The notes under the pieces are model-generated. The model ran no database searches, had not been told where the DNA came from, and saw only the letters and a program-made list of their open reading frames with translations. DNA of 62,410 bases from Rhina ancylostomus (Eukaryota): contig JARFYF010000001.1 in the NCBI GenBank assembly GCA_030265395.1, positions 96,092,722 to 96,155,131 on the forward strand, written 5' to 3'. Below, piece by piece: positions 12,041 to 24,367 of this stretch; within the stretch, counting starts at the first letter, position 1; each line of letters opens with the position of its first letter. The translations under genes were made by a program, and so were the position numbers.

Positions 12041-12879
12041 AAAAAAAATGAAAACATGAGAAATGAGATAAGAACAATTGCAGTGAAATGCTGGATAAAA
12101 GGAGATGGGAATATGGTAAAAGTCTGACTCACACAGGAAAATTACAGTGGGTCAAAACATTGAAATCCTCAGAGGAAATGATTACAGATCAAAGATAATA
12201 GAATAATATTTTTGTTTTTGCAATTAATGCTTTGTTTTTATTTACTTCTGTTGACAGGATATGGACATCACTGGCATAGCCAGCATTTATTGCCTTTTGC
12301 CTGTTAAATCGTAAACAATTTAATAGAATTAGAACATGTGATGGAGAATTGAGCAGCATTTAATAGTTCAAGAAAAAGAACTAGCTCTGTGAGGATGATG
12401 TACTCTCGGGTTCCAGTGTTCATTGCGCAATTACATTTGATATATTCAAGTTTAAGGCCAGATTTATAGAGTTAAGGAAATGCTGATATTCAGGTTTTTG
12501 AGGTGATTAAGAAGGCTTCAAGGCCTGAAAAAAAGAATGATTCAGATCAGTGGAAAAATGGCTACCAAAATATGCTGACAAACACGAGAAGGGATCCAAA
12601 GGAATTATTTTGAAATAAATGGCAGCCATTTCGCCATCTGGTAAAATCCTGATAATACCTCTGAGGAACAATTTGGTGGAAATGTTGTTTAAAGTCAAAA
12701 GTGGGAAATGTATTATATAAATATTTTGTCAGATTTCACAGATAAGCACTCAACAAATTCCAGATCCAATCAGAACCATCTAAGAATCATTTAACATTTG
12801 CAAAGGTTAGTGAATCACATGTTGAGAAAGAGCAGCATTCTGAACTACAAAGGAAAGGATGGCTTCTGGCCCACCTCTT

Positions 12880-13432
12880 CATTGTTATTTTTCATGTATT
12901 CATGAAACATAGAGTTTGCTGGCAAATCAAGTGTTTATTACCCAGTCTTAATTACTCTTGAGAAAGTTATGTGGAACCACCCTCTTGGACTTCTGTAGTT
13001 TATATGTTCAAAGACGCCTCACAGTGCTGTTAGGCAGAAAGTTCCAGGATTTTGGCACTGAATTAAAATGAAGGACTGGCAATATATTACCAGGTCGGGA
13101 AGATGATATTTAAGATGGTAACAGAACACCAAACAAGTGGGGACTGCTNNNNNNNNNNTTGAGGAAAGTATCGAGCTGTTTTTGTCTTTCGAGAGCTGTA
13201 ATCATCCCAGGCAAATGAAGAGTATCCATTCATGCTTCTGACATAATCTTCCTGCTGTCATTGAAGAATTTGGGGATTCTGAGGCTGGATCATTTGCACT
13301 GGAATATCCAGGCTCTGTGCTGCTCTTTGTAGACATGGTATTCATATAGCTGATCCAGTTAAACATCTGACCAAGAGGAACTCCTGGAATGTTTATAGTG
13401 TTAGTAGACTTGACAATGGTATTGCCATTAAA
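12880..13432 (-). mobile_element. CR1-group LINE 3' fragment (family of 55550-56920)
   Basis: TTTGCTGGCAAATCAAGTGTTTATTACCCAGTCTTAATTACTCTTGAGAAAG is the reverse complement of the terminus at 56850-56905; shorter relics at about 2050-2160 and 12250-12300. Confidence 0.65.
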
Positions 13433-14129
13433 GAGCTAAAACTTCACATCATGTTGGTGAACTAGTATCCATCCCCCACATTCAGCCCATGGGCCACCTG
13501 AGTATCTCAGTTTTACAGAACAATGATGTCCTTTTTCTGAATGGCTTGCTTCGTGCCATTACAATTCCATGATCCAATGGTTCCTGTCCTGACACGACCA
13601 CGTGTAGATTAGTAATCAGGACTGTAGGCTACAGTCTTTCCAGATTAAAGGTCAGGAAAATAATTTGCAGACCTTTATCATAGAGGTTCAGTATTGCTTT
13701 TCTCTCCAGCATTTTGAAGTAAGTCCTTGAGATGTTTCGATCAAGATTGTCCAAAGCAGTCCTCATTCAGAAATCAAATGGTTTGAAAATTTGCCCTTGG
13801 AATTCTGCTGTTTAGGAGGAAAGGAAGTGAGGGCCCAACAAATTGTAGATCTATTAGTTTAATATATGTTGTGAGGAAGTATTAGACTATTATTTGGGGA
13901 CAGGGTGACTGAGCAGTCGGAAAGAAGGAACTTCCTACCTAGCTGAATTTTTGAGGAGGTCATGTTAAATGAGAAGCAGTCTTTGGGTGTTAATTATATT
14001 TTTCCAGGAGATACTTGATGAGGGATTCTTAACAGGATTGAACACCATTGGATTGGCTGTCACTAATAGACATGAATGTGAAGTTAGTCATGAGCAAGGA
14101 AAAAAGGGTAATGGCAATATACTGAAATT

Positions 14130-14399
14130 AAGATAAGATCTTTATTAGTCACATGTACATCGAAACACACAGTGAAATACATCTTTTGCATAGAGTGTTC
14201 TGGGGGCAGCCCACAAGTGTCGTCACTCTTCCGGCACCAACGTAACATGCCCACAACTCCTAACCCATATGTCTTTGGAATGTGGGAGAAAACCCACACA
14301 GACACAGGGAGAACATACAAATTCCTTACAGACAGCACGGGATTTGAACCCGGGTCGCTGGTGCTGTAATAGCATTATGCTAACTGCTACACTACCATG
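14130..14399 (-). mobile_element. Young tRNA-derived V-SINE with AATAAA/(TCTTA)n tail
   Basis: Minus strand reads GGTAGTGTAGCAGTTAGCATAATGC (A box), GACCCGGGTTCAAATCCCG (B box), V-domain, then tail GTGACTAATAAAGATCTTATCTT; five copies in the window. Confidence 0.9.
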
Positions 14400-14637
14400 A
14401 TTTCCCCATATTAATCTTTACCAGAACTTTAGTTTTTCACATTTATCAAAGATAAAGGAATGGAGAGTTTGCTAATAATAAATTAGTAATTACAGTGAAT
14501 GGAGAGCAAGAGAATATTTCAAAGGGAAAATTGGAAGATTAATTAAGTGGCCTGAGCTTTGGCTAATGGAATTCCATAGGGCAAAGTGGGAGGTTATATG
14601 AAATCTCAGTGGCAAAAATGTGGAGGATGGAGATTTA

Positions 14638-14737
14638 GAGCAACAAACTAAATGCTGGAGGAACTCAGCAAATCAGGCAGCATCTGTGGAGTGGAATGGA
14701 CAGTTGACATTTCGGATTGAGACCCTTCATCTGGACT
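14638..14737 (-). mobile_element. Penelope pLTR-derived element starting at a hammerhead-like motif
   Basis: Minus strand AGTC-CAGATGA-AGGGTCTCAATCC-GAAAT-GTC-AACTGTCC...GCTGAGTTCCTCCAGCA. Confidence 0.85.
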
Positions 14738-17700
14738 CGATAATGATAATGTCATTAAATTTCAAGATGAAACTGAAGAGCTAAATCTTAACATCAGCTT
14801 GGTCTACTATTGTTCAGCCCAAGGACTTCATAGTGGTCTTTGTTGTAGTTTTGTCATACATCAACAACACATGCTTGTTCATTTGAAGTTCATCACTTTG
14901 AGATTTATAGTTTACTTCAAGAGGGCAATGCATCTTGCTCCAAAGTCATGTTAAAATGCCTGCTATCTTTGTACTAAAAGCTTGATGTAGATCCATCCAG
15001 CAGTGTGTTCCTTGCACAGAACTGACCAGTTTTGTTGTGTTCTTCTGGTATTCTGAACCTGACTTGTCTCTGAACAACTCGTTTCATGCACTCAATGAAC
15101 TTCTGATTTACTCTTCATTGTGCCATTTGTTGCAGTAATTTAACGATCCACATCACATTCATTTTCCCCCCATACTTGGATATTTGTTTTTCTGCAGCTC
15201 ATATTGTTGTCCACAATGCTTGTAATATCTAAGCTGTATTTTTCAGTTGTGTCTTTTGCCCTGTGCTTTACTGCAGCCCTCCATTCGGTTGGCCATCTAA
15301 TATTTCCAGCCTGATTTTTGAAATCAGCTTTGCATATCGTTATGAACTTCAGTGAAGAGCATGACTCCATCTCACTTAGTAATTCAGGCTGGACTCTAGG
15401 ATTCTATGAAAAATCCAATCTCTTAGGGTAGCAAGTCCTTCAAATCTGTAAAGTTGCAATCATCTGCTCGCAATCTTAGATCCATTAAGAAAGTATCAAA
15501 GGATTCTCCTCTTCCTGGTTATATGTAAATAACTGGTAACAGCCAACTGTTTTGTTTCTAGTTTAGGTTGCAATGCACTGGTAAAGTAAGTAATACATTC
15601 TTTAGCGGCTCTTNNNNNNNNNNNNNNNNNNNNNNNNNNNNNNNNNNNNNNNNNNNNNNNNNNNNNNNNNNNNNNNNNNNNNNNNNNNNNNNNNNNNNNN
15701 NNNNNNNNNNNNNTTCTTTAGCGGCTCTTTTGAGGGGTTCTGTGGTGTGTTACAAATCTCTCCACTTATAACAGGTACAATAATGCCTTTACCTTAGTCT
15801 GCTCCACTATTACCAGTTCAGTATTAAGTATAAACTCTTCCTTCCACTCTCTTCATTTCTTTGACAGATTATTCACCTGGAAATCCACTGACTCCCATCT
15901 CTATTTATTCCATCATCGTCTGTCTCAATTGAAATACATGGCTTACCATCTCTTGGCAAACATCCACATGTTATCTCAGCTGTAATCATGCTCACCATCT
16001 GATATCCCAATTCGGGTACAGCGCCCACGTTTCATAATTTTATCAACCATTCCAATCCTAGTGCTGTGTCTCAGTAGCTACTCTCATTGATTCACAAGGA
16101 AACTGAAGGATATTTGATCATTTAAACTAACAAACCAAGGAACTTTATTTGTAAAAGAATTTATGCTGTACAAAGCAGCATTTCTTACATGGCTGTACCC
16201 ACAGTTTTCCATGCTGAAACCCTGCAGCAATGTTACTCACATGCCCAAAGTTTCGGTAGTCAAAACCCAACCTTTGGAGGGAGTTCAGAAGGAACAAAAC
16301 CATAAAACTAGAGCTCAGCCATTCAGAGCTGATATGAATAAACAAGGATTGGACATTTGGTCGTTGTTTTTATTTACTGCTTGAATGAATTTTATGAAAA
16401 GCCCAATTGCTAAATTACCTACCACAGTCCCTATGTTTCTGCTTGATGACTCTCCTTGGGAGGCTAGGTTATTCAAAGTTTATGTGGTTATACCTTTAAC
16501 TTATATTAGCTGCCAGACTTCATCTTTCTAGCAGGGAAGAGAGCACATTTAATGGAACAGTTCATCCTCTGAAAGGTTATGACTGGAGCCGGACTGCAAG
16601 CGCTGCCAGGCTTCACTCTTCTGGCCTTTACAGCTTTTTCCAAATGAATGAAAATGCACACACTCAGTGCTGGTGGCCAAACTTCACTCTTGTGTTTTTT
16701 CTTGTCTGTGGAGCTTTTATGGAGGGAGCATCGTTGTTTTAATCACTATTCTTTGTGTGCCCAATTCATGTGGAGGGTTATCCACATATCAAACCAGGAT
16801 TCTGAGCAGTAGGCTATGTAAAATTTGTACCTTGTGCGACCCCAACAATGCCTCCAATTTTTTTGGCTTTTCAGAAACTGTTCATGATCTTTGATCAATT
16901 CTAGCCATGTAGTATCTTGTTGCTCACTTGAAGTATAAAAAGTTAAGGGTCTACTGCACCTATAATGGAGCACCTAGTTTGTTCTGGACAGTATAAGACT
17001 CTGCACAACCACAGGGACTGGTGCAGAGTCTGGTTTAAAAGCTGATATGATGGGTCTGCTAAGGCTTGAAGTCTATCAGTTTGTAAATCATAACTTTGTG
17101 TGTAACAGTTATAATGCATGGCAGAAGTCACGCTTTCACTATTGGTCAGGTTCGAGAAATGATTCTCTGTGTGCAGGACATTGAACTCATTCCTGCAGGT
17201 GCTATATTTTTGGATGAAATAACATTGCACCTTTTCAACCAACTTCTGAATAAAGAAATTACCATTGGAAAAAAAATCCATGCAAGAGCTCTAGCAAAAG
17301 ATTAATCCTAAATTTGGATGAGTTAAATAACCATTTCAACTGAACATAAAGTACAAACATAGTAAAATTATAAGGCTGTCCATTATTGTGTGGACTTGTG
17401 GAAAACTTGACAGTTAAGACTTAACCGACATTGCATTTCGCTTGACATGTGTGTTATCTCGAACTCTGAATCTTAAATCTGCACTGAATTAAATTTAGTC
17501 AACCTGGGGCATTCTTAGTATTCAATCTTTTCTACAAGATTTGTATGATTTATCACAGTTGCCAACTAAATAGAAGATTGATTCCTGCATTTCCTTTGGT
17601 CAAATGTTGGCACACAGGCTTCAATAAAGGTTTAACTATTGTTTGTTATAATGCGGGGAGAACTTGAGAGCTCCAACTCACCAGCAAATGTTGCCGTACT

Positions 17701-18019
17701 TCCACCCTCTGACCTTGCGCTGTTTCACATTTCTGAATCAATAGCTGGGTTTAACTTGTCTTTATCTCTTGGAGTTAGGAGTGGATATTACAGAATATTG
17801 GCCACTGTGAAAGAATTCACTAGTACGCACCCTAAGGCTAAAGGATCTCCATTAAACAAACCCAAGTGCACTCATACACGAGCTCTCAACTATGCACATA
17901 CACATTGATCATGTGCAGTATTTATCATTTTTGTAAAGAATAGGAGCCAGATACATAAAGGTGAAGATATTCAGTGAGCAGCCATCAAATGTAGATCTTT
18001 TTTGACGTACTGATTGATG

Positions 18020-18545
18020 AGAACATAAGAAATAAGAGCAGGTGCAGGCCATTTGACCCCTCAAGCCTGCTCTACAATTCAATAAGATCAGCTCCACTTT
18101 CCTGTCTGCTCACTATAATCCTTATTTCCCTTTAAAGTCTGAAAATTCATCTATCTCATCTTTGAAAGTACTTAACCACTCAACTTCCACAACTAAATTC
18201 CCCTTCCAGATGAAACATTCTCTCAACATCTGCCCTGTTAAGCCCCGTCATGATCTTTTGTATTTCAATATGATAGTTTCTTGTTCTGAGGATGAGTTCA
18301 ATCTGCTCAATTTTTCATCATAAACTCCTAAAATAATCTCATACCTGCAACCAATCTTCTCTGCGCTGCCTCTAAAGCAAGAATATATTTCTTTGAATGA
18401 GGAGGCAAAGTTATGCACAGTACTCCAGGTGCAGACTACTGAAATCCCATTCAATTGGAGCAAAATTTCCTTAATGTCTACTACATCTCCTTCGCAATAA
18501 AGCCAAACATCCCTTTTGCTTTTCTAATTACACGCTGTCACAAAC
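18020..18545 (-). mobile_element. CR1 LINE 3' fragment
   Basis: GAACATAAGAAATAAGAGCAGGTGCAGGCCATTTGACCCCTCAAGCCTGCTC terminus; CACAGTACTCCAGGTGC (HLEYC) further in. Confidence 0.85.
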
Positions 18546-19369
18546 TCTCAAAGCATTAAATTACTTTGTAGTATTAATATCGTTCTTGTTCATGGTGTAA
18601 ATTCTGTATTCTACGTTTGCATGCAGCAATTTGTTGTTCATTTACAAAAGTCACAGCTTAAAAACATGTCTCTATTTTTGTAAGGCTGCATCATAGTATT
18701 GGTACAAGAAGAGGAGATCTAGAGATTCATCAGAGAGCTAGGCAGGAAAGCAGAACTGGAATTGCCCTAGAGAAAAACTAATGCACATGGTCACAGCAGG
18801 AGCGAGCAGTTTTTAACAATGCATTCAAATACCTTCCCAGTTTAGTGTGCATCTGGACGATGAAGCATAGATGTTATTTCTGGGAAATTAAGTTGGATAT
18901 TGAACAACATTGAACCTGCAACACAGCAGAAGGCTCTTTGGCCCAACTGGTCCAAGTAATTTGTTTACGCTCGTCACACAACCACCCCTTCTTATAACCG
19001 CTGCCTATCCTGAGCCAAATCTTCCCACTTTTCTCATACCAACTTTAAATGCATCAGTGCTCTCTATTTCAGCCACTTCATGCATCGTAGACTTCCATGT
19101 TTTCTGTGTAAAAAAAAAATTCCTCATAAATTCTTTGATTTTTTTAGTTTAATTATAGCACAATACTCCAGAAACAAAGGTAAGAGAGTAAGCAGGTAAT
19201 AATAGGTATGTTATAATTAGTTTAAAAGTTAAAGAAGATAGTCCACAGCAAAAAATAAAGGTGCTAAGAAAATCTAAAGGAAAGGGGATGAGCCAAATTA
19301 ACTGAGCAGAAGTGTCAACAAACAGGTGAACAGATCAGCACTAAGAAATCATCCAATACACTGAAAAGA

Positions 19370-19812
19370 GGGCACAATGGCATAGTAGGGAGTGCTCCTG
19401 TCACACAGGTCCAGTACCTGACTTCAGTCCTCTCCTCCAATGATGTCTGTGTGGAGTTTGCATGTTCTCCCTGTGGCCTCCTGGTGCTCCATTTTCCTCC
19501 CACATCCCAAGATGTACAGGTTGGTATGGTAATTAGATATCATAAATTACCCCTGGTATAAGAGGGCGGTAAAAGAATTTAGGGTGAAGGTTATGGGCTT
19601 GTGAGAGAGAAAAGGTTACGGGGCAATAAATGAGAGGTTTATGAGTCAAACGCAGGCAGGTAGGACTAGCTCACTGGACAATACAGTTGACATGGATGAG
19701 TTAGGCCAAAGAGCCTGTTTCCATGCCGTATGACTCTATGACAAGGTTTGAAATAATTTTTCTAAGTGCCAGCATGAACTCAATGAGCTGAATAACATCC
19801 CCATGTTATGAT
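19370..19812 (+). mobile_element. HE1-like V-SINE with a nested CR1 3' fragment (about 19641-19743)
   Basis: GGGCACAATGGCATAGT head and V-domain; nested GGCCAAAGAGCCTGTTTCCATGCCGTATGACTCTATGAC flanked by AGGTTT on both sides. Confidence 0.8.
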
Positions 19813-20496
19813 ATGGAGTGAACCTAATGGACATTTATCAATGCATGTAAACAACATGAGGGAAGCTGGTCATTAGCACTGGACTCCCCAAAACTTGCCA
19901 TTGTGGTATCTATGGCTGTTAAAAAGAATTACGTTAGGTAGAATTATGTTAGGTAGAATTAAGCAATTGTGATCTAATCACAAGAGTCTCCAGGAAAACT
20001 GCCACGTAGAATGAAGCCATTGATAGGTCAAAGATGTTCCCTGCGGTCAAAGCTCCGCTTGAATGACAACTCCTCATTAAGCAATGATGGGTAAATGGAC
20101 CTATTTCTGTAAGTTGTTAAGAGCATGGGAAGTAGGAAACAAGAATGGACCACATGGTTACATTGCAAATTAAATTGTTAGTTTACAGTTCAGTGGGAAA
20201 AATGTAAACATGTCCTTGGGCACATCTGGCTACTAAATAAAATTACAGACTGACATACTACTTTAGAGACCTCGCAATGTATTTTTCTCTTATAATGCGT
20301 GCACATAAACAAGTAAGCAGCAACCCAGAAGAAGCTTTTCTTCTCCTCCTAAACTTAAGGCTGTTGAAACCAATTTTATTTTGATATTTTTAAAATTCTT
20401 AATAATTTAATCAAGCAATAAAAAGAATATAGGTTAGTAAAGTTATAGTGTTCAGTAGTTCTTATCAGCATGTAAACTTTGTCTTGTGTATGCTTG

Positions 20497-20590
20497 GAGA
20501 CACAAGAGACTGCAAATGCTGGACTCTGATTCTGACTCAGATGCTGCCTGACCCATTGAGTTCCTCCAGTAGTTTGTATTTGCTCATATA
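20497..20590 (-). mobile_element. Short two-arm Penelope pLTR-derived element with TSD
   Basis: Antisense 3' end GAGACACAAGAGACTGCAAATGCTGGACTCTG joined to sense CAGATGCTGCCTGACCC...TTTGCTC; TATGCTTG at 20489-20496 and 20591-20598. Confidence 0.8.
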
Positions 20591-22062
20591 TATGCTTGTC
20601 CATTCTGAATCTAACTTATCTCATTTAAATTTTGATGCAGAATTTATCAAAGCTGAGGATTTTCAAATTCTATTCCAAAAATGAGAACTGATCATTGTAA
20701 TTATATAGCTCCGCCTGCCATGATAAATCAGATTCAGTGCAGACTGTGAAACAAACTAAAGATTTTCCTTGTTATGCTTCAGCTACTTGCTAGATAAATT
20801 TGTCCAGACAGAAGGACATGCTGAGGAGAATCTTAGTGTGCAAGAGAAAATTGAAGTGCAGCAAGAACAGGGCCTCAACACTTCAAGTTTAATTGAGGCA
20901 CTTTTTGTTGAGTGCAAGTAATCTGATTGCCCATGTTCGTACAATCATGAGCCAATTAATAATGCATTTAAGATGTTAATACAACGTAAATTCACTTTTT
21001 CATTCCTTTGAATTGAAAGCCTTCAGCATAGATTTAGGAAAACTTGCTGGTGCAAAGGAGGCATGTTTCAATTGCACTTAACAGTGGTTTAAAGTTAAGA
21101 GAACTCCACCTCAATAAAGCCTCAGCATTTGCAACAGCTTTGTCATTTCCCTGAGGCAAGTGTTTAGCTGAGTGCTTTTCTGCATGGAGGTTTTTGTGAA
21201 GCTTTGCCAAGGGATACAAACAGGATGGGAGGTGCCATGGATATTTTTAAACACAACATCAGAAGAAGGAGACTGCCACAATCCACAGTGCTGTGTTGGG
21301 ATCAGCGGAGCTGAAGGTGCATAGTGCAGAGCAGAAACCAAATCAGGGGCTGAGGTTGCAGAGTTGCATTGCCCACCAAACAGAGAAAGGCTTGGCTTTC
21401 CTCAACTGTCAAAGCAGCAGAGCTTCTGTGGGCTGCATTGTCATTTTGGGTTGGGGCAGGCAAGTACAGGCTTCCTGCTGGACCAGTTGTTGCAAAAGTC
21501 TCCACTGCCTTCAATGCTTTTGGTTCTGGTCCCTTCCAGGGCACCACTGGAGACTTGGCTACACAAAGGGTAGGTAAGGGATGGGTTGTTTGCAGGGATA
21601 ACCTCCCCCTACGATGCCAATTGTCAGAATAAATCATCATTAGCACTTGCCTTTCCAGCTGAGTTCTGAGAAGTGCATGGTGGCATTTATGACACACACC
21701 TAGAAATCCAAAGACCATCACGGCAGAGCCAGAAGCTGCAGTCCACCATGAGAAATGTTATTCCACTGATGCTCAGGTGATTTGCAATCTCAGCCAAGCT
21801 TTCCATCATGTCCTGAGTGGTAGCCCAATAGATGCCAAGATGCATTCATCCTGTGGTGGTGTAACACTGTATTTATTCAGGGGCAAGGCATTATAGACTG
21901 GCTCATAGGCTGATAGGAATCGAGAGAACATCCTCCTCCAATATTGCCTCATACCACCTGGGAGTGACCCCACCAATGCAGGATGTCAATGTCTCCTCAC
22001 ATGACTGCCATAGAACAAGCGCGTTGTAGCTGTGGCTCAGGTGCATGAAACATCTATTACAT

Positions 22063-22515
22063 CAGGGGCTCCCAACCTTTTCAACTGAAGGCTCCACTTG
22101 TTCACACCCAGTAAAATACATAGCCCCCACCTTCCTGGTAAACCCCTGTTGATGTCACAAGCCATTCCTTTTAAGGAGTTGGGCTGTTCTGAACTTTTGT
22201 GAAGACTGATGACAGCCTTACTCCTGGAATGAGTAAGTATATTTTTATTACTAAGTATATTTTTATGTACTTTTATTCTATTTCTAACTAAATTGCTTTC
22301 AACTGAATCACCAAAGTATGGTCACTATGAGGTTGAGGATAGATAGATTCTTGGTGGTCAGCATGGACGTGGTGGGCTGAAGGGTCTGTTTCTTTGGTGT
22401 ATGATTTTATGATTTCATAATACCATTAAAGCCTCATAAACCCCCTGTAAAATTTGCCTCCGAGCACCCCACCATCCCCACCCAGTGGGCTGCACACACC
22501 AGTTGGGAACCACGG
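22063..22515. mobile_element. Probable non-autonomous hAT (Charlie-like) element containing a CR1 3' fragment at about 22330-22412
   Basis: CAGGGGCTCCCAACC and AGTTGGGAACCACGG are imperfect terminal inverted repeats (11/15) of hAT type; no matching 8-bp TSD seen. Confidence 0.45.
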
Positions 22516-23324
22516 GACACAATAAAGGACAAGAGACCAGCTGAGGAGTTGTGGTTAGAAGATGCACCAACCTCCTGACAAAGTTTAAACAGACTGGAAT
22601 CCCTGTTAGGTGGAGGGTGCATCCTGCAATCTCTGCTAGCCTCCTCTCCACTGTTCCACAATGGATTCTGCCTCAAATTGACTTTCGTGGTACAAGTGGT
22701 CCTAAGCAATACATCTTATTGGATGGTACAAACAAATGGCTATGTAAGGCTATGTCAAACACTTGCATTTGCCCCCTAGATGAATTACAATCACTTTAGC
22801 ATATTGCATTGTCTAAGCAGTCGTCAGGTCCCTGCCCTGACAGCCGATAAACTGTTCTTTGGAGCCCCTGAAGTCTCTGTCAAAGACTGGTCCAACCATG
22901 CCTGTACAGAGGCAAACTTAATGGACAGAAGAGGCAGCAGATCCATGGGCTGGACCAGTGGATGAGAAGGGACACCATCCTAGGCTAGAGTTACATCTGT
23001 CCTACCATTCTGCTGGTGAGGATCTGTAACCCTTTGTAAGGTCAGATGTAGTGTAAGGGATTCACTTTAACTCCATGAGCTTGAGACCTGAATGAGTTTA
23101 TTACTTGGACACCTAACTACAGAGAATACAGAGTTGTACAATGCAATCTGGCATCTTGGCTTGTCTTCTGTAGTTTTATAATTTCCCCACCATTTCTTGA
23201 GCTGTTCTCCTAAAAACTGTTCACGAGCTATCCCTACTTATTCCCTTCACTAAATGCGCAATCTTTCCAATATTAGGTTGAAAGAAATTTCTCATCCTGT
23301 CCTGGCTGCAAGACAAGTGGGAAA

Positions 23325-23750
23325 ACTTTAACTGTGACAGATTGAATAAACTCGGCTTGTTATCTTTGCAGCTGAGGAGATTGAGGGGAGATACAATTGA
23401 AATGCTGAAAATTATGAGGAACCTAGAGAGAGTAAATAGAACAATCCTATTTCCCTTAGGTGATGGATCAAAAGGCAAAGCCCATAAATTTAAATTACTG
23501 GTAACAAGATTAGGGGACTGGTGAGGGAAAATATATTTACCCAGCACATCTGGAGCTCACAGACGTGAATGGGTGATGGAGGCAGAACCTACTTCGTATT
23601 TCAAAGTACTGAGATGTATGGTTGAAGAGCCATGACCTGCAGAGCTGCAAGGTGTAACTGGATTGGGGAGGTCTTTTTTTTTGCAACCGAGAGATGATGG
23701 ACCAAATGGTCATCTCTGATGTTGCATATTTTGTATGCTTTCTATGATTC
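23325..23750 (+). mobile_element. CR1 LINE 3' fragment
   Basis: LNKLGLLSLQLRRLRGDTIEMLKIM...GKAHKFKL is the CR1 ORF2 C-terminus; the 3' UTR ends ..GGACCAAATGGTC..TTCTATGATTC. Confidence 0.85.
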
Positions 23751-23877
23751 GCATCACCCACACATGCATAGCCCAAGCTTGGAAACCCCTTTGTATATGA
23801 CATCATACTTAATAACAGATTCACCCATTCAAAATTATAGCTGGTTGGTATGTACTGAAAACTCATGGAGTTCTAGG

Positions 23878-24143
23878 TAAGATTTCTTTATTAGTCACAT
23901 GTACATTGAAACACACAGTGAAATCCATCTTTTGCACAGAGAGTTATGGGGTAGCCTGCAAGTGTCACCACGCTTCCAGCACCAACATAGCATGCCTGTA
24001 CATCTTTGGAATGTGGGAGGAAACCGGATCACCCAGAGGAAACCCATGCAGACACGGGGAGAATGTATAAGCTCCTCACAGACATCAGCCAGAATTGAAC
24101 CCGGATTGCTGGTGCTGTATTAGCGTTGTGCTAACCACTCCAT
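23878..24143 (-). mobile_element. Young V-SINE (family of 14130-14399)
   Basis: TTTATTAGTCACATGTACATTGAAACACACAGTGAAAT ... GAATTGAACCCGGATTGCTGGTGCTGTA. Confidence 0.9.
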
Positions 24144-24367
24144 AACTTCTGTACATTATAGCTGAGACCATGGCCAGATGTCCAAAGTGGGGATCCTAAC
24201 TGCTTTGTGTTGAGGGTGAAACATTGAAGTGATTAAAATGGGGATGTTTATAGTCAAACAGCTGAAATAATAATTTGATTTTAACTTGCAGTAAACCAGT
24301 GTACTCTTGGAACAAAATAATCAATAATTTGTATCTCTATATATTGATAATTTGGATCTTTATATAT

